From Gnetum montanum (Eukaryota > Plantae > Gnetophyta), in assembly GCA_015680685.1 (NCBI GenBank), contig MNCI01000721.1:356595-420594 (forward strand): DNA of 64,000 nucleotides. The letters are read 5' to 3'. This document shows positions 13,870-28,264 of the stretch, in pieces. The notes under the pieces were generated by a model, which was not told where the DNA came from, made no database searches, and saw only the letters and a program-made list of their open reading frames with translations. Within the stretch, counting starts at the first letter, position 1; the number at the start of each line of letters is the position of its first letter. The position numbers and the translations under genes were made by a program.

Positions 13870-16800
13870 ATTACAATGCAATCCATGAATTCAACTATGG
13901 TAGCAGGTTCTCAAAATTTAAGTTTTAGCCAAATACTATGTAAAATGTCCACTATTGAAGGAACGACTCAATAAGTGAACACATTAAATTTTCAAATTCC
14001 CACTACATCAGCAACCACTATTTCCATAGCAAGTTTAATTATGACCCCAATTATAACTCCTACTTTTACCATTAGGTCCTCTTCACATCATACACCTCCT
14101 CCTCTTTCATATGGTTTAATTCATTTTTCTTTTGGTAGTATAGGCTCTAATATTCCAATTGGACAAGCCTATCAAGGACAAACTCTTTGGGACATATTAA
14201 ACCAAATAACACTAGTAATACCTCAAGGACCATTAGTCTTTCCCAAGGTAGGGATGTTAAAGTAAAAAATATTCATCATCTACCAATTTTTAGGAGGACC
14301 AAGGATGAAGATCTAGTAACTCATATAAGAGAATTCAAAACCACACTTTCAATGTTAACAACTCAAAGTAGAGATAGAACTAAAATAATTGCCTTGAAAT
14401 CAACATTAAAAAACAAAGCCAATTTTTGACTACAAATTCTTAGGACAAAAATCAGCTCATGGGATGAATTCAAGGTTTTCTTTATCCAAAGGTTTATTTC
14501 TAATGATAGGCTATACCCATTAAGAAAGTAATTGATAAGTTTCATGCAACAAGAATATGAAGATCATGAGAGCACATTTGATAGATTCTAGAGGCTATTT
14601 TTGAAAAATGCCAACCATGGATTTCCAGCCCAACTTATCCAAATCTTTATAGAAGGCCTACTACTATATTGTAGGAGAAATGTTGACGTTTCTTATGGTG
14701 GGAATATCTTGAATGTAACACTACAGGATGGCTAGAGAATAATAGTTGGTTGATCAAAGTAAGAGATGGCCAAAACCTAACTTCATGCAAGGGATGATCC
14801 AACAAATTGAACAACTAAATAAAATGGCTAATGAATTAACTTGTTTAATAAAGAAACAAGCCCATATGATGCAAGGTGAGGTATGTAACATTTTTGATAG
14901 CCAACAACATGATTGCATCACCTATCCAACCTTAGCCTATTATCATGAGGAGATACAAGAATCTGTAAAGGCTTTACAACAATATAAAAGTTAATTAGCA
15001 AGTACATTCCAACAAATGCCACCTTTCCAACAATAGTATTTCCAAAATAATTACAAACCTTTTAAGAGCCAAACTATTGAAAACTTGGATAGAATCACTC
15101 AAAATTTGACTTCCTTCATTGAAGAAAGAAGGAAATTTATGAATGATATAAGAAGATAGTTCCAAGACTTGATAAAGAATGACTTACCTTCCCAACTAGA
15201 TCTAAATCCGACATCACAAAGGAAGGGTAAGGAACAACTACATTCCATTATTACTAGGAATGGAAAAATTATTGAGCCTAGATCTATGAAGAAAGTTAGT
15301 TTTGAAGAAGTCGAGATACAAGAAAAGGATCAACCACACACAATGAATGAGGAAGAAAGTAAACAACCAATTAAAAAAAGAGAACAACCATTAACCTATC
15401 CTTCTTTGAATAACAAAACAATTTGACCTCCTTTCCCTAAATGATTACAGGAGGAATTTACAACCAAAGCACATATAGAAAAAATGTTTAATGAATTATA
15501 TTTATACATTCCATTACAACAAGCTATTAGAGACACACCTCTTTATGCTAAATACTTAAGGAAATTATGCTGAAAAGGAGAAAATAAAAAATTTCCAAAA
15601 AAATTTATTTGGTTGACAATTTGTCTCAACTTATAAAAGGCTAAGAAGTTCCAAAATAACAAGATCCATGGGTTTTCACAATTCCAATAAAGATAAATGG
15701 AAAGAACATTAAAAATGCCCTATTGGATTTAGGAGCTAGCATCAATATTATGCCACTTGAAATGGCTAGGTCACTTCATTTGAAGGATGCAAAGAAAATT
15801 AATCTGACAATACCTTTGGTTGATGGCTCAATTGTTAAATCCATAAGAGTGGTGAAATATTTAATTGTAGAGGTTGAAAAAGAAAAATACTTGGTTGATT
15901 TTGTTGTATTAGAATTAAAAGATCTAGATTTTTCCTCCATTATATTAGATAGATCTTGATTAGCAATAGTTCATCCAATAATCAATTGTAGATCAGGGCA
16001 ACTCCAATTATCTTTTGCCAACCTTACTTTTATGCTTAATATATATGACATAGCAGAAGAACACTAATTGAACCAAGATATTAAAGAAGTAAGTGTGCTT
16101 TATACAACACCCACATCAACAATGGCACAATATAGGAAAACATTAGTATTAAACAATTTTGAGGAAGGATCCTTAGACCCCTCCACAAAAGAACATCAAT
16201 ATCTTCCTGATCAAATCTTGAATTTAGAATCAGGGAGTATAGGAGAAAAATTTCAACCACCAAGTAATGATTCCTTTGAACTTCAAGAATTACCTAGTAA
16301 TCTTGAGTACATTTTTCTTCACCAAAATAAAACCTTAATAATAAATTTCCAACTGTCTAATGGGAAAGAAGTAAAATTGGTAGTAGTTTCAAAAAGAAAC
16401 TTTGAGGATGAGGATCTCCATCAAGGAATTTCATCCAACATATGCCAACATCACATTTATCTTGAAGAAAATATTAAACTGATTTGAATTCCCCCTAGAA
16501 GAATTAATTGAGTCTTAAAACAAATTGTTAAAGATGAAATCTCTAAGCTTTGGAACAAAAGAATTATTTCTCTAATAGCTTATAGTGAGTGGGGTAGCCC
16601 CATCACTATAGTACCCAAAAATGGAGGAAAATGGAAAGTTTGTGTGGACTATAGAAAACTTAATCAAAATACAAAGAAAGTTCATTTCCCCCTACCTTAC
16701 ATAGACTAAATTTTGGAGAGATTAGAATGGCATTAGTACTATTGATTTTTGGATGGATTTAATGGTTAAAATAAATTAGTCATTACCATAGAAGATTAGC

Positions 16801-18455
16801 ATATACCAAATTTCACATATTCATATAGAACCTTTTCTTACCATCGGATGTCTTTTGGTTTTTGTAATGCACACACTACCTTCCAAAGGGCTATGATATT
16901 AGTGTTTTCTAATATGTTAGAAGAATATGTAGAAGTATTCATGGATGATTTTTTGTTATATGGGGATACTTATGAACAAACATTAAAACATTTGGAATGT
17001 GTCTTATATAGATGCATTAATAAGAACTTAAAACTAAGTTGGGAAAAGAGTCATTTAATGATCACAAGTGGTGTAGGTTTAGGACACATAATTTCTAAGG
17101 AAGGAATAAGAATGGATGGAGAAAAATTAAAAGTAATCTCCACACTTCTAGCTTTAACAAACTTAAAGACTCTTTGATCCTTTTTAAGAAATGCCAAATA
17201 TTATAGATGACTTATTAATGACTTCTCAAAAATAGCCAAGTCACTTTATATGCTCTTAGAAAAGAATGTACCTTTTACATGGATTGATTACTACCAAGAA
17301 GAATTCTTTGAATTAAAAAAGAGAGTAAATACTTAATGTACCTAATTGGGATTTTCAATTTTATTTGATGTGTAATTCTAGTAACATAGCTATGGGGGTA
17401 GTCTTGGGATAATACATAGAAAATACCCCATGAGTAGTTTATTATGTTTCTAAAAGCCTAGATCAAGCCCTAGTAAATTATACAACTATAGAAAAAGAAC
17501 TCTTGGCCATTGTGTATTCTTTAGATAAGTTTAGGCATTATTTAATAGGATATAAAACCAAATTTTACACTGATCATTCAACCATTAAATTTCTAGCAAA
17601 CAAAAAAAAATAGAAAATGCTAGGATAATGAGATGGTGCCTATTACTCCATGAATTTGATCTTCATATTTTAGAAAAAAGGGGTAGGAAAAATTTTGTGG
17701 CAAAAAATCTTTCTAGACTAGAAACCAAGGATGAAAAGAAAACAAAAGGAGTATTTAATTACAAATTTCCTAATGAAAAACTCTTTTTAATGAAGAAAGA
17801 CCCTTGGTTTGCTGATATAGCAAATTACCTTGCCACTATAAAAACACAAACCTAATGAGGTAAAGAGGAGAAGAAATATTTTCTATGAAACATAGGACAA
17901 TGGAGCAAGAAGATGTGTCACTATGGATGAACAATAAGAAATCTTACACATGTGTCATGATGAACTTGGAGGTGGACATTTTGATAGTTGAAGAATTGCT
18001 ATAAAGATATTACAAAGTGGATTTTATTGGCCTACTATATTTAGAAATGCTCATAAATATGTCAAATAATGTAATAAATGTCAAAGAATAGGAGCAATGA
18101 CAAAAAGACAAGAGATGCCACTTAACCCAATCTTAATAAGATAACCTTTTGATGTGTGGGGTATACACTTCTTAGGATCATTTTAGCCATCTAATGGATG
18201 TCAATATATTTTGGTCTGCATAGACTATGTAACTAAGTGGGTAGAAGCTAAAGCTATCCCAACAAATGATGTTAAATTTTTTGTATCTTTTCTATAAGAA
18301 CATATTTTGACATAATTTGGAACCCCATGAGTAATCATAAGTGATCAAGAAACCCACTTTGTAAATACAATAATGGAGAAATTCCCTAAGTCTTATGGAA
18401 TCTAACATAAGATAGATACTACCTATCATTTTTAAACAAATGGTCAAGTGAACAA
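13870..18455 (+). pseudogene. pol: Gag-pol of B: gag, protease, RT, RNase H, integrase N-terminus/core
   Basis: LPIFRRTKDED gag remnant, LDLGASINIMP, MSFGFCNAHTTFQRAM, VFMDDF, EKELLAIV, RWCLLLHEFDL, CHDELGGGHF and DYVTKWVEAKA. Many stops. Confidence 0.92.
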
Positions 18456-19274
18456 TTTTGACCTTTTGATATGTCAAAAACATTAAAAAAATGGAGAATG
18501 GAGAACAAGGATGCTTGTGTGGTTGTTGTGTTTGTAGGGCAAGAACTTGGTTTTAAAGAATAAGAGAGATTAAACAAGAAGGGCATCTACAAAGATCTAA
18601 AGAAAGCATGCAAGAGTTCAAAGTGGATGGACAAGGAACAAAGACCTCAAAGCTCAACTTTGGTGATTAAAGGGAAACCTTAATATTAAAGAACTTAATG
18701 AAGAAACATGTCTCTAAGACATAGTAGACAACTACTATCAAGAAAAGATGTCTCCATGATGATGAAGACATTTTGTCTGAGTTGAAGGTTACTCAGAAGA
18801 AGACGTATCTCAAAAATAGTAGACATTTTTCCTATGAGGAGACATCTTCATGAAGATGCCTTCTCAAAGATGTCTTCCTTGTGGAGAAGACATCTCTTGT
18901 GAATGGAAGTCTAATGCAGAAAGACATGTCAATCTTGAAGAAGATGTCTCCAATGACCATTAGATAGCCATTGGATGAATTCTGAAGTGATTTTAGAAAG
19001 ATCTAGACTATATGAAGACTTAATTCTCCTTGAAAATATGTAAGAATTATGAACTATCAAGTGTCAACATTAAGAAGTCATTATATAAATCATTCTATTA
19101 TTCTTGCACCTCATTGTAGTATCTTTTGTACTGTTGTAAGTGATCAAAGTGTGTTGCACCTTAAAGTACAAGGATCTATAAAATTATTTGAATCCTTTCC
19201 TTATAACTTATGTTTCTCTTTTGTTTTCCTATGGGGTTGATGTGCTTCTTGTAGGAAGGCATTGTCATTGATCT
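18456..19274 (+). repeat. 5' LTR of C, 3'-truncated
   Basis: Aligns with 31528-~32340, then runs directly into gag. Confidence 0.85.
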
Positions 19275-19275
19275 G

Positions 19276-21100
19276 CCATCCACATTTGATGGATTCAACT
19301 TCACTTATTGGAAAGCTAGAATGCAAAGATTCTTCAAATCTATGGAGTTCAAAGTTTGGGAGTCCATCCTTAAAGGTTACACACCACTTGCCAATAGCTC
19401 TATCGGAACCATCAAGCCTTACAAAAAATGGAGTCAAGAAGAAAAAAATAAGTTTATGTTTAACTCAAAAGTAAAAATTATCTATATTGTGCTTTAAATA
19501 AATATGAGTTTAATATAGTTGGATACGAAATGGCCAATGAAATTTGGCAAACATTAGAGGCTACTTATGAGGGAACCTCAATTATTAAACAATCTAAATT
19601 GTTAGTTTTACAAAGTGAATATGATACACTCAAAATGAGAGAAGATGAGAAAATAAAAGATCAATTTTCTAAAGCCAATGATCTTATTGTGGCCATTAGA
19701 TGCATTGGAAAAAAATTTCCAGAAAGTGATGTCATTATTAAAATGAGCAAAACACTCCAGTTGGAGTTCAAATCAAAGGTCATGGCCATAGAAAAAATCA
19801 AATATTTTTCAATTTTAAAATTTAAAGAACTTCAAAGTGCTCTCATTGCTTATGAAATGAACCTCATAAGCGAAGGAGATATCCAAGAAAAGGCATCCAT
19901 CACACTTAAATTAGTCACAAAGGAAAAGGAGCCTAATGAGCTAGATTAGGTAAGTGAAGAGGAGATAGCTCTTCTCTCAAGGAAGGTGCAAAGACTCTTA
20001 GAAAAGAAGCGTAAATGCACCAATTAGCAAAGATTAAACCATTTTAGAGGTAAAGAGAGAGATAAAATTTGTTTAAGTTTATCTTTTGGTTCTTCCTCTA
20101 TAGAATGTTGAATTTATGGTGGAAGAGATAATATGGCCTTTGAATGTCCTAGTAGTGATAGGTTGTAGCACAAGAATAGATCTAATGATGAGGTAAAGAT
20201 GACCAACTTCTATACAAGTTGGGAAGATGGAGAGCAGAGTGAGGAAGAGGTTAGGGATAATGTGAAAAATTATCATCTCATCTACATGGCCCTAACTAAT
20301 GATGACGATGACTCATTAGATGATGATCTTAATGATGAAGAGAGGTTTGATCTATTATGCAAGGAGCTTTTGTATTTTCAAAATATTTGTAATAAGTTAA
20401 ATAAACAAGTAAAAAATAAGGATAATAAAATCTTCGTATTGAATTTAACTATTTTTGACCTTACTAAGGAACTCTTAGACCTAGGGGATAAGAATGAAAA
20501 GCTAACCTTGTCTTATGAATAGGCCAAAATGGAAATTGCAAATGTCAAATTAGTAAATGAAAGGATGGTATGGAAAAAGGAATCCCTTCAGATGGTATTG
20601 GAACAAGGAAGAAGTTCACATGATAAGAGTGGACTAGGATGTTCTATGCAAGAGTAACCACCTTCAACAAATCCATTAAAATTAAATAATCCTCTAAAGA
20701 ATAATGCTACTGCATCAAAATCATAAGAAGCTCCTATCCACCAAAATGATCTAAAAATGTTTGATCATCCTAATCATTCATACTACCATAGGAGAATTAG
20801 GTGCTATTATTGTCATAAATTAGGGCATAAATAATGGGATTTCAATCTTAACTATTGTCATATGAATAGTTTTCTCATATCATAAGACTCCTTGATCTTA
20901 TCAAAGTGCAACAAGAAATGAATTTTTGTAGGATCAAAGAAGATATTGGACAAAAACTCAAAAGAACAAAGGAATTAGGAAAGAATGGAGAGTTAAAAGG
21001 TAGGAATAGGGGAACTAGGAAACTCTCACTAACAAATTCATAAGAGGAAGTCAAGCCTTGAAAATTGAAGAAGTTTGGTTGAGAAGAGAATCCTCAAAAG
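19276..21100 (+). pseudogene. gag: Sirevirus-type Gag of C
   Basis: PSTFDGFNFTYWKARM, ANEIWQTLEATYEGTSIIKQSKL (UBN2-type), coiled coil, DKSGLG, and two zinc-knuckle remnants (e.g. CYYCHKLGH). Confidence 0.88.
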
Positions 21101-21159
21101 AGGAAATTCCTTTTCTAGATCTCTAAGTACCTTCAATTTTCAATAGAATAGTAGGTAAG

Positions 21160-22069
21160 TGATGAGACGCAGTTCGCACAAGCCACGATATTGCATCCCC
21201 CGTGATATCGCATCTTCCCCTACGATATTGCGTACATGATATTGTAGTCTGCCGCCATGTCTATAAATAAGAGGTGGCTCTCCCTTATTCGGGATCCCAG
21301 TTTTAGAGTAGCGAAGCTCTGGCAGTTTGATCCCTCCAGAGTTAGATTTTTTCCCGTGTCTGCCCGCAGTGTGGTGAATGTAATTGTACGGTGTCTTTAT
21401 TCGAGTGTTTCGTACTTGGACACGCACATGACCGGCAATAAAGATCGAGATTACTTCATCATTGCAGCATTCACTTAGTTTATTTATTTGTTATTTATTT
21501 AATGTTATTTATTGCTTTCATAGCGTAGTGTGAGTATGACTTAACTACGAGCATCTACGGGTATGTACGGCTAGTTAAGGAATCGGTTACTCATCGTGAT
21601 TAGTCTCTCACCCTTAAACTCCTAGAAGCGGAACGAGTACGACTTGGTTTCAAGCATTTAAGTGTGACTGCTTGGTAGCCTAGTGGTGTAGCTAGGGGGA
21701 TCTATGCTTGGTAGTCCCAGTGGCAGTTGTGCACGAAGTCCAAGATGTGTATGGTTGATCAAGGAATCGATTGCTCATCGCACTTAGGCTAGATTAGATT
21801 TTCTTATCCTTTTCCTCTTAGCTTAGCTTAGTTAGTATTCTTTTCCATTGCCTTCAGGAGTAGCATAGATTAGGAAACATATCATACACCTCATCTAGAC
21901 TAAACCATACGTGACATATGCAAAACTAGTCTAGGTGGGAAGATAGCGAACTGCGACCTAAGGCTAACTATCTAGGTGCGACAACTAGTCCATCTACGGA
22001 GCTCGACCGGATCGCGCGTGCGATGCTTGTTTCGTATGGTTTCGTGTAGGGTTACCTCGCCACTCATCT
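21160..22069 (+). repeat. 5' LTR of D
   Basis: Near-identical to 28265-29174. Palindrome array followed by TATAAATA at 21262. Confidence 0.95.
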
Positions 22070-22201
22070 TTGGTGCCGTTGCCGGGGCTGGTGCTAGTTA
22101 TTTAGATTAGTTATATCATACAAGGTCGCTATAAAGAACTTAACGATATATCTTTTAGAAAATAATAATTATTAAAAAGTCACATAAATTCACACACAAC
22201 A

Positions 22202-23896
22202 ATGCCTCTCCCACAAGATGATAATAATGCCACACTAAGTGAGGAAGTTCATTGGAGAACCAACGAACTATATGACGATGAAGATTGGAGTATACAACCT
22301 GAAGTGGGAGTTTCCTATAAGAATGAACAAAAACAACATCATCGTAACACACGAAAGCCTAAATTACCCAATGACGATGAACCCCCACTGGCCACTACAA
22401 GCTTAACGCAAATACAAGAGACTGTTCGAATCTCACATAGGCATCGTAAAGAGAGTTGTCTACCCAGGCTCGATTTAAATAACTTTCCAAAATTTTCAGG
22501 AGGCTATGACTTAGATCCGCATCAACATTTACTAGCCTTCTACGATGCCTGCACATGGAATAACATTGACAACAGTTGGCAAAAACTAAAGCTCTTTCCT
22601 ATGACGCTCGTTGACCAAGCTAAAGTATGGTAAAGATCATTAAAACCAAATTCAATACTATTCTAGTCAACAATTGTAGAGGTCTTTAACAAAAAATATC
22701 AAACCTACGTAAGAGTGTCAGCCTTGAGGAAATAAATCCAAGGATGGAAACAAGCACAACATGAACCCTTGGACATGGCCTTAGAAAGATATTATGCACT
22801 GTTAAACAACTGTCCAGGCCATGGGTTTTTTGAGGAAAGGCTAATGTATCACATCATTGATGGGCTACATAATGAAACCAGAGAGACCTTAGGAACGTAT
22901 GCCCGAGGTCAACTATACAACCTACGAACCCATCAAATCCAAGAGCTTATTAAGTGGGTAGCAAAAGAAGAAGGAGAATTAGCTACATGGGAGAGTGTTG
23001 AAAAACATCAACGGGACCAAAATATTAACTAAACAAAGGTCCATGATTATAACAAGGAGATATCAAAAAATCTCAAGGTGGAAACATCATCTTTGCCAAT
23101 ACAACAATCGTTAGAAGAAGTCGAGGCAAAGATCAATAAGATGTTGGAATGGATGTATCAAAAGAGTGGAGAATTTATCAACACCATTAGAGATAGAGTT
23201 TTGACAACCTAAGAAGTAGGACGAAATCATAGACATTCGGAAAGAATAAATGAAGGGACTAAGTGCTCAATTGTCAATCCTACATATGAATGCAACATAT
23301 GCCTATACGATCACCCCAAAGGTCAATGCCCAATATTGTTACATCTACATGAGCATTGGGGAAACACGTTACATCCCGAGTTCATACAGAGATACTGTGT
23401 TAGACCACAGTGGCAACAATCCCAGTTGTGGGGGAATCCACCCTTAGACTAGAGGCACCCTTCACATTTTCTGAATCCAAATGCTTATAACGTCCAACAT
23501 CCTATTTCTTCATTTGGGCCACCATACTCTATCTCACCAGAATACCATTCTTCACAAAACCATCAACCCATGCCTCCAACACAACCACCACCTTGTGCAC
23601 CTTACATTCCTCCTAACTTTCAACATTCTCATCCTTTCCCTCCTTCCACAATGCCACCAACTATTCCTAAGGTGTTTGTACCACCGCAACCCACAAACAA
23701 CACTTGTGCTACTACTACTAATAGCAGTGAAGAGCCTCCTCAAAATCAAAGGCGTCCTTTCTTTAAAAATGACCGTAGGAAGGGACAACATAACTCTGAG
23801 GCCACTGCATCTTCCAACCCAGCACAAGTCCAACAATGTGGTGCACCCTTACCTTCGAACCCAATGCCTCATGTAACTTCATCAGGGCCACCAACT
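22202..23896 (+). pseudogene. gag: Athila-type Gag of D with Pro-rich tail
   Basis: FPKFSGGYDLDPHQHL, KLKLFPMTLVDQAKVW and LLNNCPGHGF. Internal stops present. Confidence 0.9.
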
Positions 23897-24982
23897 NTAA
23901 AACTTAAAATTAATTTTGTGTTCATTGTACCCAGAATGAAGAAGGATGGACCAAGAGGGAATGATTAGGGTGTGACATCAAGGGGACTTGTGGATTCTCT
24001 TTGGTGACATCTGTGGGAGTTATCATGCAATATGGTTGTACTAAGATCCTTGTAGATCTAAAGAAAAATGGGAGTAAGAGTAATCAAAAGGGCACTCGAA
24101 ATTAAAAAGCTATTCTAGGGGGTCCCACTAGAAAGACATGCACCCATGCCTGAAGGTTGGCAGCTTCTCTAGATTTAGTAAAGTGAAAAAGAAAAAAAAA
24201 GAGAAAAAGAAGTGCCATAAAACAAAAATTACTCCTCCCTTGTACTACATGACAAGTGATCATATGCCTTGTTGTTATGGTACTCTCACCATTGTTCATC
24301 ATGGGATGAAACAATGTGATGTCACTGTTTAGAGGAATGGACTTGGTCTTGATCTTGGAATGATGGGTTAATGGCACATTAATCATGCTTTACACGCAGG
24401 ATTCACTGTGTCCTGAGTCAGTTACCTCATGTTCCAATCTCTACGATCCCTTTCTGTAGTTCATCTCATCTCACTAATTTGTGTAATTGTAGCTCGTGTC
24501 TCGTGTAACATAAAATTTTCATCTCATTCCGATGATAATTACATGTGTGTGTTTTGTGGAGTTAGTGCAGATTACATTAACCCTTCTAGTGCCCACAGAC
24601 ACTTTAAGTGTGATTACACAAGGGCATTATAGGTTGAAACCTACTTTGGGGAGGACCCACGTGTGTAATTTTGTTGTAATCTTCATTAATTCTCTAGCTA
24701 GAACACACAATTTCTTACCCTCAGCTTAATTTTCATAAATTTCTTTCCCATTTATTAACCCTCAAAACTTTAACGTTCCAATGTACCATTACATTCCCTT
24801 TTCTTCATAACCGCCAAATTTTTAATTGTTAAATTCACATCATTATCATTCAAAGTGCCTCTCGAATTCATGTAATTACCCTTGAATATATTCATCCTTG
24901 TTAATGTCCTCATTTTACACATTAATTTCAAGAAAAATCATTAAACATTCGGTCTTTTTCAAGTGTCTCACTATAGTTTGGA

Positions 24983-25058
24983 CGAGATAACGCGTACGCG
25001 ATATCGTGTCCCACGTGATATCACGGACACGATATCGTGTTCCCTTTTCCTATAAATA
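24983..25058 (+). promoter_or_regulatory. Putative internal promoter of D ORF2: four CGATATCG-type palindromes plus TATA box
   Basis: CGAGATAACGCG, CGCGATATCGTG, CGTGATATCACG and CACGATATCGTG, then TATAAATA at 25051. Same architecture as the D LTR start. Confidence 0.7.
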
Positions 25059-25141
25059 GGAACCCCTACCACAACACTTAGCTTCATTTGATCATTTACG
25101 TGGGGGGAATTTTTGAATTTTTTCTCTGCGACTTGCGATTG

Positions 25142-25797
25142 NNNNNNNNNNNNNNNNNNNNNNNNNNNNNNNNNNNNNNNNNNNNNNNNNNNNNNNNNNN
25201 NNNNNNNNNNNNNNNNNNNNNNNNNNNNNNNNNNNNNNNNNNNNNNNNNNNNNNNNNNNNNNNNNNNNNNNNNNNNNNNNNNNNNNNNNNNNNNNNNNNN
25301 NNNNNNNNNNNNNNNNNNNNNNNNNNNNNNNNNNNNNNNNNNNNNNNNNNNNNNNNNNNNNNNNNNNNNNNNNNNNNNNNNNNNNNNNNNNNNNNNNNNN
25401 NNNNNNNNNNNNNNNNNNNNNNNNNNNNNNNNNNNNNNNNNNNNNNNNNNNNNNNNNNNNNNNNNNNNNNNNNNNNNNNNNNNNNNNNNNNNNNNNNNNN
25501 NNNNNNNNNNNNNNNNNNNNNNNNNNNNNNNNNNNNNNNNNNNNNNNNNNNNNNNNNNNNNNNNNNNNNNNNNNNNNNNNNNNNNNNNNNNNNNNNNNNN
25601 NNNNNNNNNNNNNNNNNNNNNNNNNNNNNNNNNNNNNNNNNNNNNNNNNNNNNNNNNNNNNNNNNNNNNNNNNNNNNNNNNNNNNNNNNNNNNNNNNNNN
25701 NNNNNNNNNNNNNNNNNNNNNNNNNNNNNNNNNNNNNNNNNNNNNNNNNNNNNNNNNNNNNNNNNNNNNNNNNNNNNNNNNNNNNNNNNNNNNNNNN
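25142..25797. other. Assembly gap (N run) hiding the 5' end of D ORF2
   Basis: Run of n characters. Confidence 1.
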
Positions 25798-28093
25798 GCC
25801 CCCATGTTGCTCAGTTATCTACCCAATCGGACCCTGATGTGCAAAAGGATTGGCTAGAAAAGGCTTATGGTAGAGATAAAGCTTTTGGTGAGCTGACAAT
25901 GAAAGAGAGAGTTTATTTCAAAATCAGAACCTATCACCTCTTCCCCACAAAAGGTTTAAAAAGAATATCAACGTATGTGGCAAGAGGATGTGCAGCGTTG
26001 ATGGAAAAGGTTAATGCTAACCTTCCTCATCTATATTTGACGGAGATCCTAAGGTGATTCGAAGAACAAAAGACAGGAAAAATGGCACTCCTTTTTCCCT
26101 GCCTTATCAGAAAACTATGTCGTCGGGCTGGCATTCGGGGATACACAAATGATGTCCTCTAAAAAGCCCAAAATGCTTCTTACACTGAATTGTTAAAGGT
26201 GCCAGCTCTAAGAAAGAGCACTGGTGAAGAGCTAGGACCTGATGAAGAAGATGAAGAAGAAATGGCTGGACCCCTGCAACTCAACTTACAGGACCCAGTC
26301 AACCTCCAGCCATAGGTCCCAGCCAACAACAAGAAGTAGGACCCAGCATGGGCTAGGATCAGCCACCGCCACAAGACTATAGACCGTCGATGAGCCATCT
26401 GAGGGCCATTGCTGAGATGGTTAGTTGGGGAAGTCGTGATGACGCCAATCTCTTCCACGTCATCGATGATGCCAGCCAGCCTACGATCTCAGTAGATCGC
26501 ACACGGGGTGAGTTGTCAATGCAAATAGGAGGAGGGGAAAGCAGATGGTCACAACAGATTTCTGGACACGCGGCATCTTTTCAAGTTCAGTTAGAGATTG
26601 GTGAAGGGGCCACTATGGTGGTCATGCAATACTAGGATGCCGCGGGAGCTGCTGAAGTGGTTGTTGACCACATCAAAGATTCTTTCAATGTACCTGTTGT
26701 GCCACCGGTAGATCTTTTAGGAGCACAAGATGCTCAAACTATTGCCGGAACCTCAATGACTCCTGCGGAACATGAGGATGTATTGGACAGATTGCTTCAA
26801 ACAGGACAAGTTTTGACGTCCTTGTTTGACATTCCCCAGGATGTAACAGCAATTTAGTCAGATCTCATTTCCACAAAGGGAAAGCTGGTCATATCCGAAG
26901 TAGGGGCAGAGCATGCTAAAGCTAAAGTGCAGAAACTACAAGAGTAGCTCTTGGCCTTACAAGTAGCGCAGCAGGATCCTTTGCGATTGGTTCCCGCAGA
27001 CCAGCTAGACAATTTTAAAACTGAGCAACTAACAAAACTAATTGCAGAAAATAAGAAGGTGGTAGAAGAAAAGGAGACGGCCACTTGGGATGCCTCCACA
27101 GCAAAGGCACAAACTCATGCGCATCTTAAGTCATTCAAGGCCTTGCAAGAAGAGAATAAGCAGTTGGTTGCAGATAACCTTCAATTGACTTCTGTGGAGA
27201 AGCAAAAGAATGTTCTCGATGAACACTTTCATCAGTTGCGAGAACAATTCATTCGAGTTAACTGAGATGTAAGCCGTTTAGCCAGAGAAAATCGAACCCT
27301 CTCAATGGAGGAGGTACATGCTATTCGACAAAAGTCAGCCATCGAGATTAGCGTGTGGTAGAATGAGGCTAAACGACATGAGAAGCTAAAGGAGCATTTC
27401 CATGATCAGGTAGGGATGTATAAACAAATCTTGGAGAAGGAGATCCATATGGCCAAAGCTCAAATCAACAACATTAGTGCCTAGTACACTAATTGGGGGG
27501 CCATATTTGACACTTATGCCTACACCCACCAAGCGGAAATTAAGAACCAGGACCTGCAGATCCAGGACTTAACTGAATACATGGAGTTGGCAAACCTTCG
27601 ATATGCCAACTTGGCCATGTTAACAACAGGACGCCCGAGGTCAAAGCTCGAGCAGCAGCTAGCTTCCACCCATATCAAATATGAAGTAGAATTTACAGAA
27701 CAAAAGAAGTTGGCTGAAAAACTAGATGTTGCAAATTCTGAACTCGCAGTGGTAAAAGAAAGCTACCAAGCACAGAAAGATGTGGCAACCAACTTGGCTC
27801 GATAGCTAACAAAACTTCATGAATACAAAGACAAAGCCAGAGCCTTTGAAGAGGAACGACGGGTGTTCGCGGAATGGTACGTCAAAGCTAATCAGATGTT
27901 CCCGCAACTACCCTATCCGTGGGAAGTGCCAACTCCATCAAACATCGGAGCATCAGCATGGATGGCACAAGACCCCCAGACCGAAGAGGAGAAGCTCTAG
28001 GCTATTCTTCAGTGTCATCAACCTTCAAAGCTTGGAGTGCGTGAAAAAGGGAAAGCACCCATGGAGGAGCCACCGCCACCAGGAACTACATGA
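25798..28093 (+). pseudogene. Accessory ORF2 of D (Athila env-like/'putative plant transposon protein' region plus long coiled coil)
   Basis: LLFPCLIRKLCRRAG motif, acidic linker, and ~400 codons of E/K/Q/L-rich sequence. Colinear homolog in F. Confidence 0.8.
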
Positions 28094-28264
28094 GTTCCAC
28101 ATTTTTGTAGTTGTAGCATTTTTTCTCTGTGTTGTGTCTTTCCACACTACGGCATTAGTCCATTTATTTTTTCCAGTTAATAATCCCATACCTATCCACT
28201 ATGTAATCACTGAAGTTTTTTCTCTTGTAACTTAAGGACGAGTTTTTATTCAGTCGTGGGGGTA

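Noticed and set aside
21140-21478. ORFs in D LTRs (also 28164-28532) and in C LTRs (19049, 31759-32361)
   Set aside because: They recur only because the LTRs are duplicated. No coding signatures.
7769-22088. tRNA-like sequences at 7769, 10160, 13258 and 22070
   Set aside because: Only 12-18-nt primer-binding sites, not tRNA genes.
25088-26057. Long ORFs of 237-314 aa in the ORF track
   Set aside because: Artefacts of translating through the N gap. Only the part after 25798 is real (D ORF2).
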